DNA of 64,000 nucleotides from Hydrolagus affinis (lineage: Eukaryota), in contig JAAILG010001327.1 in the NCBI GenBank assembly GCA_012026655.1, positions 1 through 64,000 of the forward strand, read 5' to 3'. Below, in pieces: positions 35,710 to 47,505 of the stretch. The translations under genes were made by a program, and so were the position numbers. The notes under the pieces were generated by a model. The model worked only from the letters and a program-made list of their open reading frames with translations, had not been told where the DNA came from and did no database searches. Position 1 is the first letter of the stretch. Each line of letters starts with the position of its first letter.

Positions 35710-37670
35710 GTAAAATTCCTTCCATGTTTTACCTATATTTTCATATTTCCTTTAATTGTACAACATTCTTTCTCAAAGCATCTGTGGTTCAGCTTCACAA
35801 TCCAAGCACAATTTTAAACATATTTCACCAAAATTCAAATCCCAAATTGCAGCATGAGTAGCTTTTGAAGCACAACTCAAGTTAACATATTATCGTAGCC
35901 TGATTTAAATGATTTTATTATTTCCCGAGTGCCAGTTTGATCTCCCTGTTTCCTGCCTGTATAAGGGCTCTGCTTGCACCAGAAATAATTGTTGTACGTG
36001 CTGGAGAGTAATGGGACACAAGATCATTTTTCCCCAACTCTGCAGATTTCCTGACCTCGGGTGCACTGCAGTGGGGAGGTGCCTTGCTGTGTTAAAGGGC
36101 TACTGAGAAAATTGGATGGGAGCATGTACCAAGGTGCTTTCATGTATTTGTCTCTTCCTCCCTCCATGCTGTTGAGTGGTGGTAGGTGATAGCTCCTTGG
36201 GAGTATGTCTCCTAGACTGAAAGGTTTTATGATTACTGAGCTGCCCATCAATACGAGTACTGTATACTGTGGAAGAAAGTTTATTTACAGAGTCTTAGTA
36301 TCACACCTTGAATGTTCTCCATTGCACATTTGAAAACTTATGGCACAAAATAAGAATCATTTCAACCAGTGGGCATCGGGCAGCTTTCTCCTCCTTTCTA
36401 AGATCCTGTAGTTTGGCTCCATCTTCGAGTAAAAGTTAAGTTGAAAGAATTGAGCCAACAGAACATTAAAACTTTTTTTGGGCTGTTTTCGGACATATGC
36501 AGTTGATAATATTCCTTGCCAATCTTAGTCGACTCTTATTCCGTGCCAGAACCTCCACCTGGTAAAGCCTAGATACATTTCAGCGCATTTGTACTCTGCA
36601 AAGACTTACAATATGTCGAGATAATGCACAAAACACAGAATATACAGTCATTTCACTTCACAGTAAATCCTCTGAAGCACATTGTGTGATGCATCTTCCC
36701 GATGTGAAAGACATTATCCGGGTATCCAGAAGTTGACCCTAGACAGACCGAGCCCAAAACATTTTTCTAAAAATTCCACAGGCCATGTTTAGCAGCCCAC
36801 ATGATCCCATAGATTCCTGCATCACTGTCCTTTCTCTGTGTCCACATAGATGTGTGAGTCCTTTGTAGAAATGTACATGGTAGAAATGCACTTGCTGTGC
36901 ATTCTTTGTTGTGTTACCAGCACTGTAATTACACTTAGCCAGAAATTTCAGCTCACCGGACTGGATCTTGTGCCCCTACCCCAACCCATTAGTCTGACTA
37001 GCCAGGATTTATCTATATCTCAAATGTAAAGATGAATATAATTGAGATATTGGAGACATTCAGTCATTTCTAACAGGGTTCCTTAAAAACTAGGAATATC
37101 TTCTGTAACCGTAAGTACATTGTGCCAATCAAATGTAAATTACCTTGGAACGGAGTTCTGATGGATCAGCTTCACACGTCTTTGCCAATGTTGCTCTGAA
37201 ATGACGATGAAATGGTGTATTAGTAGTGATCTCCATTAATTTCTCCCACAATTTGTCTTTCTTCTCTTGGATTGAGTCTTTGTGAGCTCTAATCTTCCAC
37301 TATAATACAATACCATAATGTCTTTCATGTTAGAAGAATGTCCCAAGTCGCTAAACAAATTGCTTCACATCTTTATATCAAAAAAAATTGGAGAACCTGA
37401 TCAAACTTCTTTACTGTCTACATTCTGTTGGCTTTGTAAAGTCAATAACCTGATTACTGTAATATTGTAACAGCCACATATTACTTGTCTAACTTAAAGT
37501 CTAGTTACTGTAGTGTATATTCAGTCAAATCTCAAATGTTGCCTTAAGTATGGTAAAATTGTTTATCTTGCACAAGTTCAAAAAGAGTCCTTCTGAAAGA
37601 TAATTGCATTAAGTATGATGACAAAAAGCTGAAGAATTTGAACATGACTGATATTTTCTCTTCTTTGTAG

Positions 37671-37821
37671 GAAAATAACCTCCAAAATATCCACTGCCAT
37701 GATCTGGAGGATCTTTGCATTCTACTGCTCAGTAACAATCATATAACCTCCATGCATGGTCTAGAGAATTGCAGCAACCTTCAGGTCCTTGAACTATCGC
37801 ATAATCAGATCACCCGTATAG
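37671..37821 (+). CDS. LRRIQ1: LRRIQ1 exon (ENNLQNIHC...LELSHNQITRI), LRR
   Basis: 151 nt; LxxLxLxxN repeats; phase 0 to 1. Confidence 0.95.
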
Positions 37822-38555
37822 GTGGGACCTTTTGTGGTTGTGCATCTAGTTTACTTTTGGTAGAATTCTGATTTGACCATATTAATGGTCAATTCCTCCT
37901 TCCTCTCTTGCCCTTGTTTGGCGTCTGACTTAACATTGTAAAGTGTGAAGAGACAATATGCTATTTGAAGGATGCCATATGAATGAAAGTTGTTGTTGAT
38001 GTTGTGGTTAATGAAAAAGGAATTGAGATGCAAATAAAACATTCTCAGATGTAAAGCATTTTCATAAGGGTTAGTGTCTTTAGTTTAGTTCAGTTTACTT
38101 GGGTTAGGGTTAGGTTAGGTTAGAGTTTACCCATGTAAATCTAAATGTATTTAGAAAGGTATTGGTGATGCTCTGTTGCTGTTGTTTTGAAGCAGAGTCC
38201 ATAAACTGTTTAAAAAGACAATTAGATTCTCGAAGAGAATGCATATTAAAGAGTATGGTGAGCGAGCTGGAAAGCTGAAACACCAGCACTGATGGGCTAA
38301 TATTTGCAACATGTTATAACAGAATATGTTGCAAATATTGTTGTTCCATCCAACAGGCTAGCCAGAAATCAATGAAATTCATTTTTTCAAAGTGATTTTC
38401 AATGTCTGGGATATTTACTCTTCAAGCTGAGTTTCTGAAACAATGACTGTCCAGCGCCTCGGGACGTCCTTCTGGTGTGAAAGGCACTATACAAGTGTAA
38501 TTTTGTTGTTGTTTAGCATAATTACTTAATTCTTGTTTTGCTCATCATATTGTAG

Positions 38556-38749
38556 GTGGTCTTGAATCACTCAAGAAACTTCAGAGATTACTTGTGGATC
38601 ATAATCAGTTGATAAGCACCAAAGGATTGAGTGAGACTCCCACTCTTCTCTACCTTAATTGCTCTTATAACCATCTCAACCGCATCGAAGGCATAGAAAA
38701 CTGCGGGCTTCTTCAAAGCCTGAAATTACAGAGCAACAACCTTTCTGAG
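38556..38749 (+). CDS. LRRIQ1: LRRIQ1 exon (GGLESLKKLQRLLVDHNQL...LQSNNLSE), LRR
   Basis: 194 nt; phase 1 to 0; GAG|GTACAG donor. Confidence 0.95.
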
Positions 38750-39506
38750 GTACAGTGGTAGAGAATAAGTTTGCATTTTACAAACTCAAGAAGGTTAAAA
38801 ACAACATACACCACAGCTGGCTGGCAACCATATATCTTTTTGGAGTAGAATTGGGTGAGACTTTGAGTATTGAATAGCTGGCAAAAACAAGACAGTAATG
38901 TTATGAAGGGATTCAGATGATGTTATAAACTGCAAAATCATGGCACACATAGTTTATTACTGTCATTTGAACCCAGGGGTAATGTTACTGCAGTGAAATC
39001 AATCCAAGGTATAATTTTGTTCTGTAATGTACATTTTACCGGGTTTTTTTTAATTCAGTTATGCTGGTCATGTGAATGTCGAATGCCAGTGTATTACAAT
39101 TAGTGAATGATGACATCCACTATTCACATTGTACACTATTACTATGCCACTACAACAACAACTTGGATTTCTATAGCTTCCTCCTCACCAGAAGGTGGAA
39201 GGTGTCTCAAGAGTGCTTCACAAAGCGGAGCCTGGGGCCATGCCAGGGGGAGAGGGATAAAGGTGACCAAAAGCCCGATCAAACAGAAAAGTCTTCAGGC
39301 ACGACCTGAAAATGGGAAAAGAGGAGGCGAGCTGAAGGGAATAAGGGAAGGAGTTCCAGAGCTTCATGGTGTAGTGGCTGAAAGCATGGCCGCTGATGAT
39401 GGTACAGAGGATTTGGGGAACAAGGAGGATGCCAGACCCAGTAGAGCGAAGAGATTTTTGTACTATAATTCAAGTTTTGTGTGTCTCATACATATCTTTT
39501 CTACAG

Positions 39507-39634
39507 CCACCCAGATTACAGAATCATGTTCTATTACGTGAATTGTGGCTGGGAGACAACAGCATCTCCTCTCTGCAGACACTTTCTCAATGCTGGCTGC
39601 CAATGCTCCAACACCTCTCTGTCTTCCAGAACAG
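39507..39634 (+). CDS. LRRIQ1: LRRIQ1 exon (PPRLQNHVLLRELWLGDNSI...LSVFQN), LRR
   Basis: 128 nt; phase 0 to 2; AG|GTAAAA donor. Confidence 0.95.
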
Positions 39635-39699
39635 GTAAAATCCAAAGCAAGAATTTATGGAAATAGTATTACCAAAATAATAATACTGTAATAATATTA

Positions 39700-40760
39700 A
39701 GAATAATCCTTGCATCTGATATAGAGTGCCTTATCCAGTTTTTGAGACATCTCAAAGCGCGTCACAAAATATACTGTAAAGTGAATTGACTATACAGTAT
39801 TTTGTTGGTGCACACAGTCGTGTCCCACAGTTGTGGATCGAGTGACTTAATTTATTATTATTTTTATTTGAAGGTTTTATTATCCCTAGAAATGTGATCC
39901 AACTAACAACTGGATTCCTACTTACTGCTAGGTAAACAACAACAACAACTAAATTATATTTGTATAGCGCCTTTCACGTCAGGAGGATGTCCCAAGGCAT
40001 TGGACAGTTACTGGTTCAGACCCGAGCTGAGGATGGGGGTGGGGAGTTAAGGGGGGGATAAGGAGTTGTCGATGGGTCCATTGAAGAGGAGAGTCTTGAG
40101 GCAAGACTTGAAAGAGGCCAGGGAGGGGATGAAGTGGAGGGACATTGGGATGGAGCTCCAAAGGTTGGGGCAGAGTGGCTGAAGGCTCTGCCAATGGTTG
40201 GACGGATGGGTCGGGGGACGTGGAGCAGGCCAGAGCCTGCTGAGCGGAGGGGCAGGCAGGTTGGTAAGGGGATAGGAGGTCACGGATGTAGGTTTGGGTG
40301 AGGTTGTGGAGGGTTTTAAATGTGAGGACCAGGATCTTGAATTGGAACTTCTGGATGATGGGGAGCCAATGGAGTCAGGCAAGGATCGGGGAGATGGGGT
40401 CACAGAGTTTGGAATGGTAAAGAACACGGGCCACAGAGTTCTGGATTATCTGCAGCCTGTGGAGGGAGGAATTGGGAAGGCCGACCATCAGGGCATTTGC
40501 ATAATCGAGCCGGGATGTAATGAAGGCATGGATGAGGGTTTCACCCTTTGGGGTAGTGGCAGAGTTGGGAAATGTTGCCAAGGTGAGAAAAGACAGAACG
40601 AGTCATTGCTTGGATGTGGGGGAGATTCCTAGGTTCCTGACTGGATTGGTGAGGTTGAAACAGACATGTGGAGTAAGGAAACTTGCCCAACGTTTCGCCG
40701 TGGAATTGAAAACCCAGGTCTCTTGCTTGCAAGGCATGTGCTCTTCCCACTGATCTACAC
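39700..40760 (-). mobile_element. tRNA-headed SINE split by an L2 insertion
   Basis: Tail and core at about 39700-39935; head at about 40660-40760. Confidence 0.75.
39936..40657 (-). mobile_element. 5'-truncated L2 LINE
   Basis: ETLIHAFITSRLDYANAL...LQIIQNSVARVL; (TTG)n tail. Confidence 0.92.
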
Positions 40761-41813
40761 TATTAAAATAGTATAAGATTCTATTCTGTTTACCTGGCAT
40801 TTGAGACATCTCGAAGACGTGATAAGGCTTTGAAACATCTCAAAGTCGTGAAAAGCGGCTCTAGAAAATGCAACTATTATTATATATGAAATATAGAGTG
40901 CTAACTGTTTTTGAGGCAAGGACCTCAATGTACTGGATAGATGAAGTGCTTCACCCACAAAATATGCAATCAGTTCATTTTACAGTATATTTTGTGAAGC
41001 ACTTTGAGACATCTGGAAGACATGATAAAGCTCTGTATCAATTGCAACAATTATTATTATGTCTCATATACTTTTGTCAAAGGCACATTAATAGTGTGCT
41101 GTGCACTAATTCATTTTGAATATTTGTTCTGAGTAACCCATTTTGCTACAGTGCTAATCCAGCATAATGCTGCACTGTCAAGAAATTAAGTGTTGAACAA
41201 AGGTAACCACATGTGATCAATGACCGTGACAAATTAAGAAGCTATATTTTTACAACCAAAAAGCAGTTGAAAAAGTAAACCCAGAGCAATGCTTTAGGAT
41301 ACACCAAGTCAGTGTAATGAAAGGACCTAGGTTTAGAGTTGCAAAGTGCAACTTCAGAAACTGACAAAAAGTCTTGCTTTGCCCAAAGAGTAATTAACGA
41401 CTGAAACAATTTGCTAGGAAGGGTGGTTGAAGCCAGGTCACAAGACATTAAAAAAAAACACAGCAAATGGCACAATAGGCAGACAGTAAGTATTGTGGTG
41501 TCATGGACAGATGCAATTCAATGGGTTAAGGGCCATCTTGATCCAAACCAATTTTGAGACATAAATCAATAGGTTTATCAGATCTACACATTTTCTGCTG
41601 CTATACAGCGTTGAGGAAACAGAAAGGCAAGGACTTTGTTTCTCAATTCAGCATCCTCCAGGGTTAGTGTTGTGAGCATGTTAACAATCCAGAATGCTAA
41701 AGAGATAACAGATCAATCATGATCTTACAAAATGGTGGAACAGGATCGAGGGACTGAATTGCCTACTCCTGTTTCTATGTTCCTATCTTCCTATAACAAC
41801 AAAAATTGGTATA

Positions 41814-42141
41814 CAGTAAATCTTGCTAATCCGACATTCGAAAGCCGGCAATTCCCTAAAACTAGCAAGATTTCAAAATACAAACAGTATTAGATTTTTT
41901 CCGATATCCGGCAAACCACCCGAAGCTTCGGAACAGCTGCTTGTAATTCCTGGTGTGGCTGCTCATCTGGCATTGTGGGTAGAGCATGGGTGTTTTTTCC
42001 CTTCAGTGCTGTGTGTACAGCACACGTGGTCACAGGGCAGAGCTTCCCCAGCCATTTCTAGGTAGGTTTCTAACTACCTGCAAACTCGAAAATCAGGGAG
42101 ATGAGTGAGCCCAACCGTGCCAAATTATTGAGGTTTTACTG
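41814..42141. mobile_element. Tc1/pogo (Tigger-like) MITE
   Basis: TA|CAGTAAATCTTGCTAATCCGAC ... GTGCCAAATTATTGAGGTTTTACTG|TA. Confidence 0.7.
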
Positions 42142-44269
42142 TATCTCCCAAAAAGTTGATCTGGTCACCAGTATTGTGTTCTATTTTAGGTTTCACATAG
42201 AAATGGTGATAAGAATTGGCAAATGAAAGAAAGGAATTAGCTATGATTAATGGAGGCCACTGGAGGAGAACTGCCATACATGTGCACTAAAATCCCAAGG
42301 CTTGAACCCTCGGACATCAAAGTTTTACTTTTAAATTGTAAGCAATTTATTCGTGACATGGAAGGATTTCCTATTCTGAAAGATGTTGCTCTCAGCTCAT
42401 CAATGCATAATGAGGAAATGGATGTAACAGATTGCATCAGGACATTTATAAAGCTTACTATTTGCTGGTATACTAGCTATCTAGTATACATCTGACAACA
42501 CCACCAATCGGCTGAGACATGCAATGTGATACTGGTGCCAGGATGATACCAAATGTGTCTGCTGTAGTTATCTGAAATAAGCCAGATGTATTGAAAGCCA
42601 TTTGTGCGTTACACGTATATGAATCGGCAGAAGCCAATTTCTAGTAACACTGAACTTAAGATCCTCTCTGAGTTGGTTGCAGAGATTTAGTAGACATCTC
42701 CTGATATCTTATTCAGAAAGGCAGGTACCAGAAAGCATTGTAGAGGTTGGGAGCAAGAATGGAGATGTTGCCACCTGCCTGTTGTCCACATTATATAAAA
42801 AATCATGCATTTGTTGTGTTGCTTCTTTTTGAATTCCCACATATATCATGTTATGAATTCCCACTCTTACCATGTTGTTGATCAACAAAACATTGTGATA
42901 AGTGCAGCTACTAACTTGCATCAGTACCTCTCTAAATTCATAGTAAAAGGAGCATTTCACAAATCAAATGAAACTATGAATATTTAGCAACAGCAAATAT
43001 TCTGAAAATATGTTTTTAAAAACACTGCCAATATGAGTCAATTTGGAATAGAACTACACTGTTTATGGTATTGGCAGTAATATTTCAGAGATGAGCTTTC
43101 AGTCAACCTACATAATTTTCATCAAGGTGAAATAAGCAAAAATGTTTTTTTTTAAAACCTGTTAGATTCTAGGCAGATAACAAGGGCAAAGCAGGCTAGC
43201 CTGAATACCCAAGGGAAAACTAATCTCTAGAATGCTCAGACCTTATTTCGGGGGGCCAATATCAAGAGAATTGTGCTTTGAAAACCTGCAAAAAAACAAG
43301 CCTCAAATTTCCTGCGATAAACCGAGGTAGAACCCTGAGCAAGGATCATCTCAAATCTGACAACTAGAAAGTTGAGCTTAAGCAGAACCCGATCTTATCA
43401 GTGATTAATAAGCATTAATAATACTGTTTTGGACAGTTTATCGAGCAGATACTAAACAGAATTAGGTCTTTATGGAAATTCTTTTTTAAAAAGCCACCTT
43501 ATGTTATTTGAGGAATGGTAAATATGTAAATCTTTGCAATAATATAAAATAATTAATGTTAGGTTAAATTAAATTGCCTACTAAGTGTTTCCTGTATCCA
43601 TAGTAGTTTAAGTAATAATGACTAGAAATGACTAGTGTCATTCCAAGGAAATGATTTGACAGCTGATTGATGGTTTGAAATTTCCAAACCCTCATTGGAC
43701 CCATGCTTCTTTCCATTGTGATTAACTTTGTTATTTCTGGATCAAAAAGCACTTGTTTAGAAATTATTTATGACCTGAGGCTGATAGTCTCTGTGCTAAT
43801 AAATGATGTTGATTCAAAAAGCTTTGTAATGCTTTAACACTGCTGAGAATGTTAATAGTTGCAATTTGTGTTGGCCTTCAAAAGGTCTTTACAGTTTGTT
43901 GAATTGCACCAGCAACATGGGTGAACTGAATTACACAATTTTGAAAAATCAATTGCTTTTCCACTGTTAACTAAACTGTCAAAGTAGCGTCAAGACTGTC
44001 AAGAGTATGTAATGTGAAGTAATATTTCCAATCTTTACATTCAAACAGAATCGGTTTACTGGAATGCTAAGTCAGCAAGTCTCTTATTCACCGACAATTG
44101 TAACCAGTGTCAAAAGCCATTTTGATAGAATTGTAAACCATGTTATTGTTGCTTAAGTCATATACTGTATCTACCCAAGTCCCATGCAAGACGGCTAGAA
44201 GACGTGAAAAGCGCTATATCAAATGTAAGGGGTATTATTATTATTAATAAGAGTTTATTCTCTATTTGA

Positions 44270-44550
44270 GTTTGACAAGATCTGGGTTTGATTCCCAGCA
44301 GGGCGAAACCTTGCACAAGTTTCTTTACTCCACACGCCTAATAATAATCCCTCACCAAAAACAATAATAATTTGGTCACTCAAATCCACGACTGTCTGTG
44401 GGACGCTGCTGTGCGCAATTGGCTGCTGCATTTCGCCCACAAATATACAGTCAATTCACTTTACAGTATACTGTATTGTGTGAAGCGCTTTGAGACGTCT
44501 AGAAGATCTGAAAAGCGCTATACCGAATGCAAGGACTATTATTATTATTA
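44270..44550 (+). mobile_element. tRNA-headed SINE, 5'-clipped
   Basis: Matches the SINE from the B box through core and tail; a separate tail-only copy lies at about 44185-44248. Confidence 0.88.
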
Positions 44551-45179
44551 ATAGCGTCATGGTGATCAGATACTGAAGCAATGTGAAAAAAATACAAGCT
44601 AATAGTTCAGATCATTATTTAGCAGTAAATAAAAACAGATGATCTCCTTTGCTGATCTGTCCATTGAGATTTTAGGCTATCATCAAATTTACTTGTAATG
44701 ATCCTTGCATTTGATATAGCACCTTACCCTGTCATTAAGACATCTCAATGTACACTGGCTGTGTATGTTTTAGGCAAAACTCATTCTAAATCACCATGTT
44801 GTTGTTTTATTCTTAGAGCAACTCTACTAAAGTAAAATATATTTTGTATTTTAGATTGGCAGAGTAGACAGTTGCCCGAATAATATATGTTATTTTCCAC
44901 TTGTGTTATTTTCTTTTTACCTTGAATTGCATTGATAATGATGATAAATAATAATAAGCCTCTCAATATATAGCCTCTCAAAACACTTCACAGGATTCTA
45001 ATGTAATGTGTGTCCCACAATGTGATGTGATGTTCCACACACAGCCATAAAATGAATGTCCAGTTTTATCTGGAGGACTATTCACTGGGACACTGGGAAA
45101 AGTTCCCTTCTCATTTTGAGAAGTACTACAGTAAAACCTTGATAATGGTACATTGTATAGGATCTTTAACATTCACTCC

Positions 45180-45548
45180 GACAACAGCAACAAAATTACA
45201 TTTATGGAACGCCCTTCACGTCGGGAGGACATCCCAAGGTGCTGAATAGGTTGGCACCCAAGCAAGGAGGGGCAGGGTAGTGGGGAGGGGAGGGAGAGAG
45301 TTGGAAGTGCAGCAGAAGGCACGATTGAAGATGACGGTCTTGAGACCGGCCTTGAAGGAGGTAAGGGAGGAAGCAAGGCAAAGGGACTGTGGGATGGAGT
45401 TCCAAAGTGTGGGGGCAGGGAGTCTGAAAGCCCCTCCACCGATGGTTAGGGCGGGTTGGATGGGGGTCATGGAGCAGACTGGAGCCCACTGAACGGAGGG
45501 GGTGGACAGGTTCATAGGGAGACAGCAGGTTGGAGAGATAGGAGGGGG
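45180..45548 (-). mobile_element. L2 LINE 3' end
   Basis: GGGAFRLPAPTLWNSIP...FKAGLKTVIF; L2 tail. Confidence 0.9.
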
Positions 45549-45786
45549 GACCATAAGGCGGATGGGACCATCATTTAATGTCTCATTCAAAGAATGTCAC
45601 ACCTCCACCATTCCAGCACATTCCCAGTGCTGTATTAAGAGTATCTGTGTAGATGGTCAAAGTGCCAATGTGGGCTTGAACCCACAAACTTCAGACTCAG
45701 ATACCAGACTGATATTGTGGTAGTGACACCAACAAAGCAATTGCTTTGTTACAACACCAGCAAAATTATATTTGAAATGCTTAATC

Positions 45787-45985
45787 CAGTAAAACCCTGT
45801 TTATCCGGCACCCGATCAACCGTAACTTCTGTATAACCGGCACATCAAAAAAAAAGTTCGCATTCGATTAACCAGAATTTATCCGGAAAAATGCATGAAT
45901 TTATTTATTTTTGTTTTGGGCTGAATATCCGGCAAGTGCTTTATTGGCCACGTTCTGAGGGTGCCGGATAAACGGGCTTTTACTA
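45787..45985. mobile_element. Tc1/pogo (Tigger-like) MITE
   Basis: 25-bp TIRs CAGTAAAACCCTGTTTATCCGGCAC / GTGCCGGATAAACGGGCTTTTACTA; TA on the right side. Confidence 0.85.
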
Positions 45986-46475
45986 TATTGCAATCCAAAG
46001 ATTTGCTTCTAATTAATAGTCAGTATAATTTCAGGTTCCAATATACAATTTTCTGTCTGAATAGTCATGATCAATGACCAAATATTTCTACACTTAAACT
46101 AACCTTGAGGGGAAAATACATTACAGTACTTGATTAAGTTTTGCTTAGATGAAAATAATCTGCAAAACTAGGCTGAAACTCTAGATTAGGTTGAAATTTT
46201 TGGCCCACTGTTATACAATTAGAAATTTAATTATAGTTTATTTTAGAACAATTCTACAGAAAAAAGAAAAAGGCTTTAAGCAGGTTTGATCTTAAAACTG
46301 CACAAATACATTCAATTGTTTTAATATACAGTATATATTATACAACAACAAAATTACATTTATAGAGCGCATTTCACGTTGGGAGGACGTCCCAAGGCGC
46401 TATAATAATATAGTTTATTTAAAAAAGATTTGATCTTAAAAATGTGTGAATGCATTCCTTTTATATACATATACC

Positions 46476-46870
46476 TTTCCCGCCCTCTCCCCCCTTACCC
46501 TCTTTTTCTCCTTTCTCCCCTGGTCCCATTTCTGTGACTGTTTTTGGGACACTGCTATACGCAATTTTGCTGCCGCGTTTCATCCACAAATATACAGTCA
46601 GTTTTCCTGCTCTCCTTCCCCCTACCCCGACCCCTCCCCTTGCCATCTTTCCCCCTTTCTCCTCTAATCCCACTTCCATGACTGTTTGTGGGACACTGCT
46701 GTGCGCAATTTGGCTGCCACGTTTCACCCACAAATATACAGTCAATTCTCCTTCATCCTGCCTCGACTACTCCCCACCTGCTCTTGTCCCTACCTGACTG
46801 TACAACGCCTTGGGACGTCCTCTCGACAAGAAAGGCGCTATATAAATGTAAGTTTTGTTTGATTGATAGA
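46476..46870 (+). mobile_element. Composite retroelement, two-unit copy
   Basis: Core starts at 46536 and 46680 (144-bp period); same tail as the 22.6 kb copy. Confidence 0.85.
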
Positions 46871-47344
46871 TAGCATATTATATAATATATGGTCTATTTT
46901 GATGTCTTGTAAACTACTTACAATTCATTGTTTATGGATTTGATTGCAAGTTTTTTTAAAATTTCCTTTTATTTCCTTGTAAATTTAGGTGCAGTATGTG
47001 GTGTGTTATGGGCAATATTCCTCTCTAATCCAAATACACTTAAAAATCGAATTGATTTGATTTCTTATTTTGTTATTAGTGGAGCGTAGCTGGATATCTA
47101 CATACCATTCAATATTATTTCTACTTATATCATTTTTATGATTCAGTTATTATTTAGGTTTATGATTGAGCTGGACATTAAAAGATCTTCTCTTTTGGCA
47201 ACTAGTTCAGAGAAGCATATAATTTTCCTCTGCATTTCCTTGTTTTAATCTGCTGTCCTTGTCCAAATTCACAAAAAATTCTAATCAAATAGCTACTCTT
47301 CCAGTTATTCATCTCACATACCAATTTATTTCCTTTTTCGATAA

Positions 47345-47505
47345 CAACTTTTAAAAGAGAGGTAGACATTTATTTGGGGAGGACAGGTTTACACGGTTAT
47401 GGGGAGAGAGCTGGGGAGTGGGATTGAATAGTTCTTTTCAAAGAACCGGCACAGACTCGATGGGTCGAATGGCCTCCTTTCGTGCCTTAAGATTCTATGA
47501 TTCTA
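47345..47505 (+). mobile_element. CR1 LINE 3' end
   Basis: GATGGGTCGAATGGCCTCCT...ATTCTATGATTCTA, the CR1 octamer tail. Confidence 0.85.

Noticed and set aside
38085-38125. Telomere-like GGGTTAGGGTTAGG
   Set aside because: Only about two degenerate units; not an interstitial telomeric array.
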